Source: Candidatus Magasanikiibacteriota bacterium
GTDB taxonomy: Bacteria; Patescibacteriota; Patescibacteriia; Magasanikbacterales; UBA922
Length of the DNA: 41,727 nt
NCBI GenBank assembly: GCA_023246555.1
Contig: JAHFIC010000001.1
Span: forward strand, 8,528 to 50,254
Direction of reading: 5' to 3'
Positions 10,119 through 18,601 of this stretch are shown piece by piece. Position numbers and translations under genes: made by a program. The notes beneath the pieces are model-generated. The model searched no databases, had not been told where the DNA came from, and worked only from the letters and a program-made list of their open reading frames with translations. Positions within the stretch are counted from its first letter, which is position 1. The number at the start of each line of letters is the position of its first letter.

Positions 10119-11588
10119 ATGCCGATAAAAACCCGCTTCGCCCCTAGCCCAACCGGTTTTTTGCATGTCGGCGGATTACGTACCGCATTGTTTTCCTATT
10201 TATTTGCCAGAAAGAACGGCGGAGAGTTTCTTGTCCGTATTGAAGACACGGATCAAGAGCGATTTGTTGAGGGTGGAATTGAAAACATTCTTCGTTCGCT
10301 ACAATGGGCTGGAATACAAGCCGATGCCGGTGTCTGGCTGGGTGAAAAAGGGGAAGTAATCCAAAAAGGCGCGGCTGGTCCATACACCCAGTCGGAGCGT
10401 TTGGGGGTGTATAAAAAATATGTTCAAGAGCTTTTGGACAAAGGCAATGCCTATCACTGCTTCTGCTCGAAAGAGCGGTTGGACGAACTTCGGAGTATCC
10501 AAGAAGCAGGCAAACAGCCAACCGGTTACGATGGTCTCTGCCGATCACTGGATGAAAAAACAAAAGCCAATAAACTCGAGGGTGGGGAGTCGTTTGTGAT
10601 TCGGATGAAGACACCACGCGAAGGAAGTACGATTTTTACCGATCTCGTGCGTGGAAAAGTGACCTTTGACAACAGCTTGATAGAAGATCAGGTACTTATA
10701 AAATCCGACAGTTTTCCAACCTACCACTTTGCGGTGGTGGTGGATGATCATCTTATGGGAATTACGCATGTCATTCGCGGCGAAGAGTGGCTTCCGTCAA
10801 CCCCAAAACATATCCTTCTGTACCAGATGTTCGGGTGGCAGATACCGGAGTTTGCCCACCTGTCCCTTTTGGTGAATGAGCAAAAGCAAAAATTATCAAA
10901 GCGTCATGGAGACGTATCGGTGGAGGATTTTAAAGAGAAAGGGTATTTGGCAGAAGCGCTGGTGAATTTCATTGCGTTTTTGGGGTGGAATCCAGGCGAT
11001 GAGCGAGAGATTTTTTCGCTCAAAGAGCTTGAGCAGGAATTTTCTTTTGACAAGGTGAGCAAAGCCGCGGCCGTGTTTAACCGAGAGAAATTTGATTGGT
11101 ATAATCGTGAGTACATTCGGAAGATGAGCGACGAAGCGCTGGCAGAGGCCTGCCGGCCGTATTTGGAAAATGCCGGACTGGTTCAGAAAGCAGAATTTTT
11201 GACTCACGCGGTTGGGTTGGTAAAAGACAGATTGGTAAGGCTGTCTGACGCGCCGGAGATGATGGGGTTTTTGTTTGCGGAAGAATTGGCGTACGAATCA
11301 GAGCTTTTGATTTGGAAAAAATCTACTCGTGATGACACGGCGAAAATTTTGAAAAAACTTCATGTTTTTTTGCAATCAATCGGAGAGAATGATTGGACAA
11401 AAGAAACGCTTGAAATCAAAGTAGGGGAGTGGATACGGGAAAACGAGTATGGCACGGGCGATGTCCTGTGGCCCATGCGGGTCGCGCTTTCTGGAGCCAA
11501 AAACTCACCTGGGCCATATGAGATGGCGGGGGTGCTGGGAAAAACGAGAACGCTTCAACTTATTCAAACTGGCCACAAACGCCTCTAA
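10119..11588 (+). CDS. gltX: Glutamyl-tRNA synthetase
   Basis: MPIKTRFAPSPTGFLHVGG (HIGH region) and KLSKRHG (KMSKS). An alternative ATG lies at 10107. Confidence 0.94.
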   Translation: MPIKTRFAPSPTGFLHVGGLRTALFSYLFARKNGGEFLVRIEDTDQERFVEGGIENILRSLQWAGIQADAGVWLGEKGEVIQKGAAGPYTQSERLGVYKKYVQELLDKGNAYHCFCSKERLDELRSIQEAGKQPTGYDGLCRSLDEKTKANKLEGGESFVIRMKTPREGSTIFTDLVRGKVTFDNSLIEDQVLIKSDSFPTYHFAVVVDDHLMGITHVIRGEEWLPSTPKHILLYQMFGWQIPEFAHLSLLVNEQKQKLSKRHGDVSVEDFKEKGYLAEALVNFIAFLGWNPGDEREIFSLKELEQEFSFDKVSKAAAVFNREKFDWYNREYIRKMSDEALAEACRPYLENAGLVQKAEFLTHAVGLVKDRLVRLSDAPEMMGFLFAEELAYESELLIWKKSTRDDTAKILKKLHVFLQSIGENDWTKETLEIKVGEWIRENEYGTGDVLWPMRVALSGAKNSPGPYEMAGVLGKTRTLQLIQTGHKRL

Positions 11589-11626
11589 ACTTGCTTTTTT
11601 GGCATATTCCGTGTATGCTGTATTGC

Positions 11627-11854
11627 ATGGAAAACAACCTTAAGCCCGTCGCAAAAGACGGGCAAATCATCGGCTACGAAGTGGGGGCGAGGTTTGTCAC
11701 CGTCGAAGAAGCAATTCGACGGGGGTACGTTTCCCTACGAGGTGTGGGGAGAGGGTTCCAGCTCAACCCGATCGACGCCATGATCGGGGAAGGGAACAAC
11801 TGGGTGGGTAGAAACAAGCCCAAAACTCAGATCATGGCAGCTATCTCGGAATAG
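11627..11854 (+). CDS. Possible small protein (75 aa); could instead be a structured RNA or leader
   Basis: Open frame MENNLKPVAKDGQIIGYEV..IMAAISE with no known motif. Promoter-like TTGCTT-N17-TATGCT (11591-11619) lies just upstream and a strong terminator 30 nt downstream. Three perfect 7-8 bp hairpins sit inside it. Confidence 0.3.
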   Translation: MENNLKPVAKDGQIIGYEVGARFVTVEEAIRRGYVSLRGVGRGFQLNPIDAMIGEGNNWVGRNKPKTQIMAAISE

Positions 11855-11883
11855 CACCCCCCGCCTGGGACGAAAAATGGATC

Positions 11884-11931
11884 CGCCGCACCACCTTTAT
11901 GAAGGACAGGTGGTGCGGCGTGTTTTTTTTT
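11884..11931 (+). terminator. Rho-independent terminator
   Basis: A 13-bp perfect stem, cgccgcaccacct (11884-11896) with aggtggtgcggcg (11908-11920), and an 11-nt loop, followed by tgttttttttt. Confidence 0.85.
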
Positions 11932-11947
11932 GTTATACTTTACTCGT

Positions 11948-13177
11948 GTGAAAAAGAGCATACGTTTAAGTGGTTTGATCTTTCTCATGGTGATCACAGC
12001 TCAACCATTTTTTGTGTTTTCGCAATCTTCCGATACCGCAGAGATTGACCAATTAAACGATCAAATCGCTGAAAAAAGAATAAAAATTAAACAACTGGAA
12101 GAAAGTATCGAACGTACGAAAAAAGACATTGAAAAAAAACGACTTGAAGCGGTTTCTTTAAAAAATCAAATGTCCATTATTGATAATCGCGTAACGCAGG
12201 TGGAGCTTGATATTGATCTCACGCAAGAAAAAATTGATGCTTTGGAGCTTGAAATCACCGCGCTGGAATTATTAATCAAAGAAAAAGAGGGGATTATATC
12301 AAGGCAAAAAGAGATTATTGGCGGACTTCTCCGCGCGCTGCAGTACGAAGACGATAAAAATACCATAGAGATTCTTGCCGCCTATGACAGCTTTTCTGAA
12401 TTTTACAACAAACTTCAGTATCTCGAGACGGTAGAACGTGATCTTGCCTCAAGCGCTCGCGCTTTGCGAGAAGCGAAGGAAGAATTAGAAGAGAAAAAAA
12501 CACAGACAAACCAGCGCAAAAAGTCTTATGAAGACCTCAAAGAAAAACTTGGAGAACGAAAAAAAGATTTAGATGAACAGCTCTTTTCAAAACAAAATAT
12601 TTTAGCCCAAACGCAATCATCAGAACTCACGTTCAAAACACTTCTTGGTAATTTACGAAAACAATACCAAGGTATTGAGTCTGAAATTACAAACATTGAA
12701 CAGGAGGTACGACGTCGTCTTGAAGAACAGCATAAACTTGAAAATATCGATGCCGGTGGAACGAGTGAGCTCACGTGGCCTGTTCAAAGTCATTACATTA
12801 CCGCTGATTTTCATGATCCAGAGTATCCTTTTCGGCACATATTTGAGCATAGCGGCATTGATATTCGGGCATCGCAAGGAACACCCATTAAAGCAGCCGG
12901 AGCCGGGTATATTGCCCGCGCGAAACGCTGTACAACGGCCTCATGCTATAGTTATATTATGATCATTCATGCCGATGGGGTTTCGACTGTTTACGGGCAT
13001 TTAAGCGGCGTTGCAGTCGCGGAGGACCAATTTGTAACGCGCGGGGATCTGATCGGCTATTCCGGTGGACGCCCTGGGAGTCCTGGTGCTGGGCCATTTG
13101 TCACCGGAGCGCATGTGCATTTCGAAGTACGTCGAAATGGCATTCCTGTAGATCCAAAACCATATTTGGGCATATAG
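11948..13177 (+). CDS. M23-family metallopeptidase with N-terminal signal/anchor and long coiled coil (EnvC-like)
   Basis: GTG 11948 gives (M)KKSIRLSGLIFLMVITAQPFFVFSQ, a signal-like start. About 250 aa of heptad-rich E/K/L sequence follows. The C-terminal M23 motifs are HSGIDIRA and GAHVHFEVR. Confidence 0.85.
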   Translation: MKKSIRLSGLIFLMVITAQPFFVFSQSSDTAEIDQLNDQIAEKRIKIKQLEESIERTKKDIEKKRLEAVSLKNQMSIIDNRVTQVELDIDLTQEKIDALELEITALELLIKEKEGIISRQKEIIGGLLRALQYEDDKNTIEILAAYDSFSEFYNKLQYLETVERDLASSARALREAKEELEEKKTQTNQRKKSYEDLKEKLGERKKDLDEQLFSKQNILAQTQSSELTFKTLLGNLRKQYQGIESEITNIEQEVRRRLEEQHKLENIDAGGTSELTWPVQSHYITADFHDPEYPFRHIFEHSGIDIRASQGTPIKAAGAGYIARAKRCTTASCYSYIMIIHADGVSTVYGHLSGVAVAEDQFVTRGDLIGYSGGRPGSPGAGPFVTGAHVHFEVRRNGIPVDPKPYLGI

Positions 13178-13196
13178 CTTGAAAATTTTATTTTAT

Positions 13197-13289
13197 ATGC
13201 GTTGTACATCATGTAGTGTCGAGGTTGTGGAGGGAGAGCGCTGCGATTCCTGCCGCTCATGTCAAAGTTGTTGTGAGTGTGTCGCATAA
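13197..13289 (+). CDS. Candidate 30-aa cysteine-rich micro-ORF (below the ORF-track cutoff)
   Basis: Hand translation: ATG 13197 .. TAA 13287-13289 gives MRCTSCSVEVVEGERCDSCRSCQSCCECVA, with 8 Cys in 30 aa. A 7-bp hairpin (13280-13286 with 13299-13305) spans the stop. No obvious SD. Confidence 0.3.
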   Translation: MRCTSCSVEVVEGERCDSCRSCQSCCECVA

Positions 13290-13332
13290 GATATATTGTG
13301 CGACATTATAAACAGAGCTGTTGGGCTCTCCT

Positions 13333-14301
13333 CTACTGCCAAAACACCCGGTCACCGTATCGAATATCGATATAGTGCAGGCCGCTGTGGTTTGGGGGCA
13401 CAGCATCTTTAAGAATTTTTAAAAGCTTTCCAACTTGTTCATCAATTTTTTCGTTGAAGATGAGTTTGATTTCCCACCCCTCCTCTGTTTTTACTATCGC
13501 GTGCCCAAGGCCATTTTCCAAAACATCGTAAAGGATTGAGATATTTGTTTGCCGCATGAGTTCATGAAAATCCAAAATGCTCCGCACCATACTCACAGAG
13601 AGTACTTGTTCGTTCAGCTCTATTTCTTTCCCACTGTGGTCATACACAACTGGGTAGTTTCCCCACGCCTTGTGGATACGGGTAGTGTTTGGAATATAGG
13701 TACGCTCAAGTGTCGTTGACCCTGCGGTCGTCGTTACTCCAATGAACCAGACATCATCTTCGCTTGGCCGAAGCAGTTCGACAACTCGACCGTCAGCACC
13801 AACATACGCGTGCCGCCCCCCAGTATCATAGATAACAGTGGAGAGCGTCTCTTCAATGTTGATAGTGAGTTGTTTGGGGAAAGTTTTTTTGATCACAATC
13901 GATGCTATCGGGTAACGCTCTTTGAGGATGTCCTCGATTTCTTGCTTGTCGACAAGCGGGTAATGGTTTCTCGGAAGGAGCCACGCAGTCCGGTGCGACA
14001 TGATGCCGAGAACAGTACCCTTCAGTTCTTTTTCATTGATCCGTTCAAGTCCGTGTATGGAAATTTGCGCCTCAGAAATAGCGAAAAACGGATGAAGCAC
14101 TACTGTGATTACGGCGCCACAGGCCGTAAGGACACCTGTCGCGAGAAGGAACTTCGTCCGACGAGAAAGCATTTGTTTTTTCTTAAAAAAGGGATTAACT
14201 CTCCCGTGTTTCCAAGAAAAATCAACATGGCTTTGTGCGATTGCCTTCTGCCGCAGGCGACCAACGCGGCGGGCAAACTTATATCGGTTGAACATAGGCA
14301 T
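13333..14301 (-). CDS. ftsQ: FtsQ/DivIB-like cell division protein (TM + POTRA)
   Basis: One TM helix (FLLATGVLTACGAVITVVL), then a POTRA-like ISIHGLERINEKELKGTVL..LVDKQEIEDILKERYPIASIVIKKTFPKQLTINIEE. The preferred start ATG 14301 forms a TAATG overlap with the upstream stop. The ORF track extends to 14352. Confidence 0.7.
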   Translation of the reverse strand: MPMFNRYKFARRVGRLRQKAIAQSHVDFSWKHGRVNPFFKKKQMLSRRTKFLLATGVLTACGAVITVVLHPFFAISEAQISIHGLERINEKELKGTVLGIMSHRTAWLLPRNHYPLVDKQEIEDILKERYPIASIVIKKTFPKQLTINIEETLSTVIYDTGGRHAYVGADGRVVELLRPSEDDVWFIGVTTTAGSTTLERTYIPNTTRIHKAWGNYPVVYDHSGKEIELNEQVLSVSMVRSILDFHELMRQTNISILYDVLENGLGHAIVKTEEGWEIKLIFNEKIDEQVGKLLKILKDAVPPNHSGLHYIDIRYGDRVFWQ

Positions 14302-15314
14302 TAAAACCCTCGTTTTAGCCTTCGCACTGTCTCGATCGTCCAACTCAGCCAATAGCGAGAAGAGGTGGGGAGATCCTGACAGTGGAGCAGCTGTTTTTCA
14401 AAGCCACCAAACCCTTTTTTAAAATGTGTTATCCCATAAAACGGGTGGCGAGGAGTGCTGCGAGGTGGCGCTATGCCCCAAAAATTATACCAACGCATGC
14501 CTCTTCTTTTGGCTTCACGGATAGCCGACCACTGCACGGCATAGGACGCCGGGAGACGTTTTTCCTGTCCAAGCGATGCTCCGTGGCGGTAGCAGGCCAT
14601 TTTGCCGTAGTACATGACAATCGCGCTGGATTCCAATGTTCCATTAGGAAGATACCCTTCAAGAATGAGTGCCTCACCTTTTCTAGCAAATGCAAAAAAT
14701 TCTTTCTCAATATATGTGCGGGAAAACCGTTGAAATCGGTGTCGAGCGGTTGTCGTGTCGAGGAGATCATTGAATCGTTGCAGCGCCGAGGCATGAGTTG
14801 ACAGCTCCACACGCACGCCTTCTTTGAGACAGCGGCGAATAAGATTTCGGTGATTTTTATTCATCAGCTGGAGGAGGTCGTCTTCCTCATCCCCAATGTC
14901 TAGAAGCCATGTCGTTTCCGCAAGAATATGCATGGGGGCATGATGAAATCCAAATCGTTTAAATTCCTCCTGATGATTTTTTGTGTCATCAAGGAATGGA
15001 CTTACGCGGATAAAATGGTAGCCTTCACTTTGTGCGAGACGCTTCAGTTCATGAAATAACTTCCCGTCATATAAACCAATTGGGCCATAGGGAAGGAATA
15101 GAAAGTTTCCCCGCTTTGCGCTCACGGAGACGACTAACGACCCCCCAACAAGTTTATTTGCATCATCGTACACACCAAAAATCCATGTCTTTTCCCCCAT
15201 TGAGGCATAAAAATCTGCATAATGGCTTGATTGGACAAAAACGGTATACAGTTGAGAACGAACAAATGCCTCCCAGATTGTTGGTTCGAATATTTGGCGT
15301 ATGCTATATGCCAT
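14301..15314 (-). CDS. FemAB-family (FemX-like) aminoacyl-tRNA-dependent peptidoglycan peptide transferase
   Basis: Length and motifs are typical of PF02388-type proteins (..MRWYNFWGI.., ..GITHFKKGFGGFE..). Start ATG 15314 (MAYSIRQIFEP..) lies 5 nt after the degT-like stop. An alternative start is at 15347. Confidence 0.8.
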   Translation of the reverse strand: MAYSIRQIFEPTIWEAFVRSQLYTVFVQSSHYADFYASMGEKTWIFGVYDDANKLVGGSLVVSVSAKRGNFLFLPYGPIGLYDGKLFHELKRLAQSEGYHFIRVSPFLDDTKNHQEEFKRFGFHHAPMHILAETTWLLDIGDEEDDLLQLMNKNHRNLIRRCLKEGVRVELSTHASALQRFNDLLDTTTARHRFQRFSRTYIEKEFFAFARKGEALILEGYLPNGTLESSAIVMYYGKMACYRHGASLGQEKRLPASYAVQWSAIREAKRRGMRWYNFWGIAPPRSTPRHPFYGITHFKKGFGGFEKQLLHCQDLPTSSRYWLSWTIETVRRLKRGF

Positions 15315-16536
15315 AAGCCTGGATACATTCAATAATTCTCTTGGCATCTTGTGTGGAAATATGGATGTCGGTCGGCAAATTCAATGACCCTTTTGCATCG
15401 CTCTCAGCGTGCGGGCAAGTTCCAGTGATATAGCCGACATGCGGACATCCTTTTAGACATGGAGTCACGACAGCATCATACCAATCGCCCAAAAGAATAC
15501 CATTTTTTTTTGCATGGGCCCGGAGTTGTTCCGGGTGTGGGACAATGAGTGGAAACCGGAGGTAAGGGCAGTTGTTATCAATTGGTTGCCTGAATGCCAT
15601 TGCATACAGTTGAGCGATACCTTTCCGGTGTTCATTTATACTATTCACTTTGGCAAGTTGTGATAAGGCGATGGCTCCGAGTGCGTTTGGAAATCGCGTA
15701 GGAAATTTAGGGTCGGCCTCCCCTCCTTTTTCTTTGTCCGAGATCACCGGAGGAATAAGTTTTGTATATTTTGCAAGCCACAAAATTATTTTACCGACTC
15801 CCAGGTGATAGAACGGTTTTCCAATAAAAAAGATAGGGAAATGCAAGAGGTGGCGAAACACGTAGAGTTTTGACATTGGCGGCAGTTCTTTCTGCAGCAC
15901 GAGAAGCCGCTCCCCGGCTTCAGTGTCATTGGTGATCGCCGCACCGCCACGCACACATGAAATAATTTTATCACTGCCAAAACTGAAGATACCAACATTC
16001 CCAACGGTGCCCAGAAGTTTTTTTCTGTATGCGCCTCCGATAGTGTGCGCGCAATCTTCGATCACTCTCAGCCGATATTTTTTCGCCAGTGCCATAAGCC
16101 TATCCATATCGGCTGTGATCCCGAAGGTGTGTTGGATAATCATTATTTTTGTTCGTGGAGTTATTTTTTTTTCAGCATCGACGGGATCCATAAAAAAATG
16201 ATCCTTCGTGTCTACAAAAATAGGCTGTGCCCCCGTGATCTGAATGGCGTTAACGACAACAACGCAAGTATACGCTTGCACGAGGACATCGCACCCACGG
16301 CCAGCATCGAGCGCTCGAAGCGCCATCGCCAGGGCTGTTCTTCCACTGTCGTAGGTTACCGCAGTTCGCACCTGAAAGAATTTTTTTAGCCACGCCTCTA
16401 CTTTTTCCGGAGTCTCCCCAAACTGGAGCTGAGGCCATTTCCATGGACAAAAAATGTACGACAAAGCAATGCTCACGTCTTCTCCTTGTAAGTTTGGCGC
16501 AAAGCCAGTAAAGAGGGTTTTTCGAAACAGGTTCAT
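15304..16536 (-). CDS. DegT/DnrJ/EryC1/StrS-family PLP-dependent (sugar) aminotransferase
   Basis: ..YDSGRTALAMALRAL.., ..IIQHTFG.., ..VIEDCAHTIGG.., and the PLP-lysine context FSFGSDKIIS. An ATGA overlap joins it to the upstream gene. Confidence 0.8.
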   Translation of the reverse strand: MNLFRKTLFTGFAPNLQGEDVSIALSYIFCPWKWPQLQFGETPEKVEAWLKKFFQVRTAVTYDSGRTALAMALRALDAGRGCDVLVQAYTCVVVVNAIQITGAQPIFVDTKDHFFMDPVDAEKKITPRTKIMIIQHTFGITADMDRLMALAKKYRLRVIEDCAHTIGGAYRKKLLGTVGNVGIFSFGSDKIISCVRGGAAITNDTEAGERLLVLQKELPPMSKLYVFRHLLHFPIFFIGKPFYHLGVGKIILWLAKYTKLIPPVISDKEKGGEADPKFPTRFPNALGAIALSQLAKVNSINEHRKGIAQLYAMAFRQPIDNNCPYLRFPLIVPHPEQLRAHAKKNGILLGDWYDAVVTPCLKGCPHVGYITGTCPHAESDAKGSLNLPTDIHISTQDAKRIIECIQAYGI

Positions 16537-17885
16537 ACGGTATGGAATAATTCACGCTGGAGAACTTCCGGAATACGGTTTTCTACAAGGATAACGCTTG
16601 GAGTATTTTTCAAGGCTTGAACCGCATGGAGAAGATCCTCTGTCTTTTCATAGACCTCCACCTGCGTTTTTCCCGATCCAATCCCCGCCCTGAGGGCTGT
16701 TTCCGCATCCCGATTGATTAAAAAAAGTGTATCAACGATCCGACCGATTTCCTCGCCGATCAGCTGGTGGAGCGCATCGCTTTTCTCCCCAAGCTCGAGC
16801 ATTCCTCTTGTCACAACGAAGCATTTTTTGTCTTTTGCTGTCCGGTTAAGAACACTGAGCGCGGCCAGAAAACCATCTGGATTTGAGTTATAACTGTCAT
16901 CAATGATTGTTGCTCCGCCGTATCGATGCAGTTGAAGAGTTGCCGGCGGGAGCGTCTTTAATTGTTTTTCTATAATAGAATCAGGGACGGCGAGGTGTTT
17001 CGCGACAATCAGACACGGGGCGAGATTGGTCGATTGCATAGCTTGTTCAGTGTGAAATAATTTTGATGGCGCTCTAAGTTCAGAAATAAATTCTGTGCAA
17101 TATGAATTATCGGCATTGGTCACAGCGAGGCCATTTGTTGGCAACGATCGCAACAGTTCGTATTTTGCTTGCTGAATATTTTTCATGCTTCCAAATAAGG
17201 AAAGATGCTGAGCATTGATCGCGGTAAGAATACCAATCGTCGGATGCGTCATCACACAAAGTGTATGTATCTCCCCAATTCGATATGCGCCCATTTCCAC
17301 CACAAAAATGTCTGCGGCGGTAAAGCGGGTTTTCAGAATAAATTTGGCAACGCCAATGTCCGTATTTATGTGCTGTGGCGTGGCGATGACGTTGTATGTT
17401 CCAGAAAGAATATGGGCCAGAAAATTTTTTACTGTTGTTTTTCCATAACTTCCGGTGACGCCGATGACGAGAAGCTGTGGATAGCTGAGCAAAACACGGT
17501 GGGCGCGCCATATGACCCATCGTTTTATGAGTGTTGTGGGTAAATAAAAGAGAGCCACAATGCTAGAAAATAGAAAAAACCGAAGAATGAAAAGAATAAT
17601 CGCGATAACCCATGATTGAGTAATAAGCAAAATACCAGTTTCAATAGCGACGGCGAGGAGGGTTAAGAGGACTGCCTTTGTCGTAAGAACAGGGTGGCGT
17701 GGATGATGACGAATACCGGATCCGCCCAGCTTCCAATATTTTTTCCCTTGTCGTGATCGCAAAAATTCTCGCATGCGATCCATTCGATACTCTTTGAGTT
17801 GCCAAAGGTAGCAGAATTCACTATCGTCAAGAATCATTACCGCAGTCCAAAGGAGAGTGACGAGTATTGCGACAATTGTCGTCAT
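16533..17885 (-). CDS. MurF-family Mur ligase whose N-terminal domain is replaced by about 3 transmembrane helices
   Basis: Central-domain P-loop GVTGSYGKTT, and C-terminal DDSYNSNP and GMLELGE (MurF-like). The first 130 aa or so are hydrophobic (IVAILVTLLWTAVMIL, AVLLTLLAVAIETGILLI, VIAIILFILRFFLFSSIVALFYL) rather than the usual UDP-binding N-domain. Confidence 0.75.
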   Translation of the reverse strand: MTTIVAILVTLLWTAVMILDDSEFCYLWQLKEYRMDRMREFLRSRQGKKYWKLGGSGIRHHPRHPVLTTKAVLLTLLAVAIETGILLITQSWVIAIILFILRFFLFSSIVALFYLPTTLIKRWVIWRAHRVLLSYPQLLVIGVTGSYGKTTVKNFLAHILSGTYNVIATPQHINTDIGVAKFILKTRFTAADIFVVEMGAYRIGEIHTLCVMTHPTIGILTAINAQHLSLFGSMKNIQQAKYELLRSLPTNGLAVTNADNSYCTEFISELRAPSKLFHTEQAMQSTNLAPCLIVAKHLAVPDSIIEKQLKTLPPATLQLHRYGGATIIDDSYNSNPDGFLAALSVLNRTAKDKKCFVVTRGMLELGEKSDALHQLIGEEIGRIVDTLFLINRDAETALRAGIGSGKTQVEVYEKTEDLLHAVQALKNTPSVILVENRIPEVLQRELFHTV

Positions 17886-18601
17886 AGAAAAACAAAAGCT
17901 CGTATTTTTTCCAACAAGCGCTCTGGAGCTTGGATATGCAAACCATGCTTTCCCTTAGGGATAATTTCCAATCGTGCGTGAGGTATTAAGCGAAAGATTC
18001 TTTTGCCATACCGAAGCGGCGTGTAGCGATCATGTGTTCCCCACACGACAAGTGTTGGGAGCGTAATTGATGGAAGGAGGCGTCGCTGGTCTTCACGGAT
18101 AACTTTTTTAAAGATATCTCGTTTGATTCCAGCGGTTTCAAGGTAATCAGGGGATGCCGCGAGCCGATAGAGCAGTTGTTTCGCAAACACGCTTCCCTCT
18201 TCTACCATCGGCAATCGGAACAAAAGATGGCCAATTTTTGCGATGCACCAGAATAAAAAACGGCGGATAGAAAATTTTGGACGAACAACGGCGGCACCGA
18301 CAAGAATCAGTTTCGAAAATAATTCCGGGTGTTCAGCAGCGAGGCGTACCGCAATCTGACCACCAAATGAGTGGCCGAGAAGTAGTGGCTTTATGATTGC
18401 CCGCCGCTTCATCTCCTCCACGACAAATTGCGCATACTCTGATATTCCCCAACGTGTGCTGGGGCATGGCGTATCACCAAAACACGGCAAATCTAAACAG
18501 CTGGCATCGTAATCCTTCGATGCCAGGGAGAGAAACCGCTTCCATGTTTCGTTCGATCCGCCCCATCCCGGGAGAATAAGGAGCATCGGTTTGTCGGTCA
18601 T
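17882..18601 (-). CDS. Alpha/beta-fold hydrolase
   Basis: 239 aa. Nucleophile elbow GHSFGG, a late D and H (WGTHDRY, GKHGLH). ATGA-type overlaps on both sides. Confidence 0.75.
   Translation of the reverse strand: MTDKPMLLILPGWGGSNETWKRFLSLASKDYDASCLDLPCFGDTPCPSTRWGISEYAQFVVEEMKRRAIIKPLLLGHSFGGQIAVRLAAEHPELFSKLILVGAAVVRPKFSIRRFLFWCIAKIGHLLFRLPMVEEGSVFAKQLLYRLAASPDYLETAGIKRDIFKKVIREDQRRLLPSITLPTLVVWGTHDRYTPLRYGKRIFRLIPHARLEIIPKGKHGLHIQAPERLLEKIRAFVFL

Noticed and set aside
11714-11725. ATTCGACGGGGG resembles the conserved 5' region of tmRNA (..GGAUUCGACGGG..).
   Set aside because: There is no GGGG acceptor start at the right distance, no T-arm/CCA-type 3' end (GGTTCGAATCC-like) and no tag-peptide reading frame. 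The unit before the terminator is also too short for a one-piece tmRNA.
13178-13332. The longer intergenic gaps (also 22809-22938 and 40515-40666) were scanned for tRNA or other small RNA genes.
   Set aside because: No T-loop (GGTTCGAATCC-like) or acceptor-stem symmetry was found. The gaps are explained by hairpins, terminators, the repeat array or the micro-ORF.
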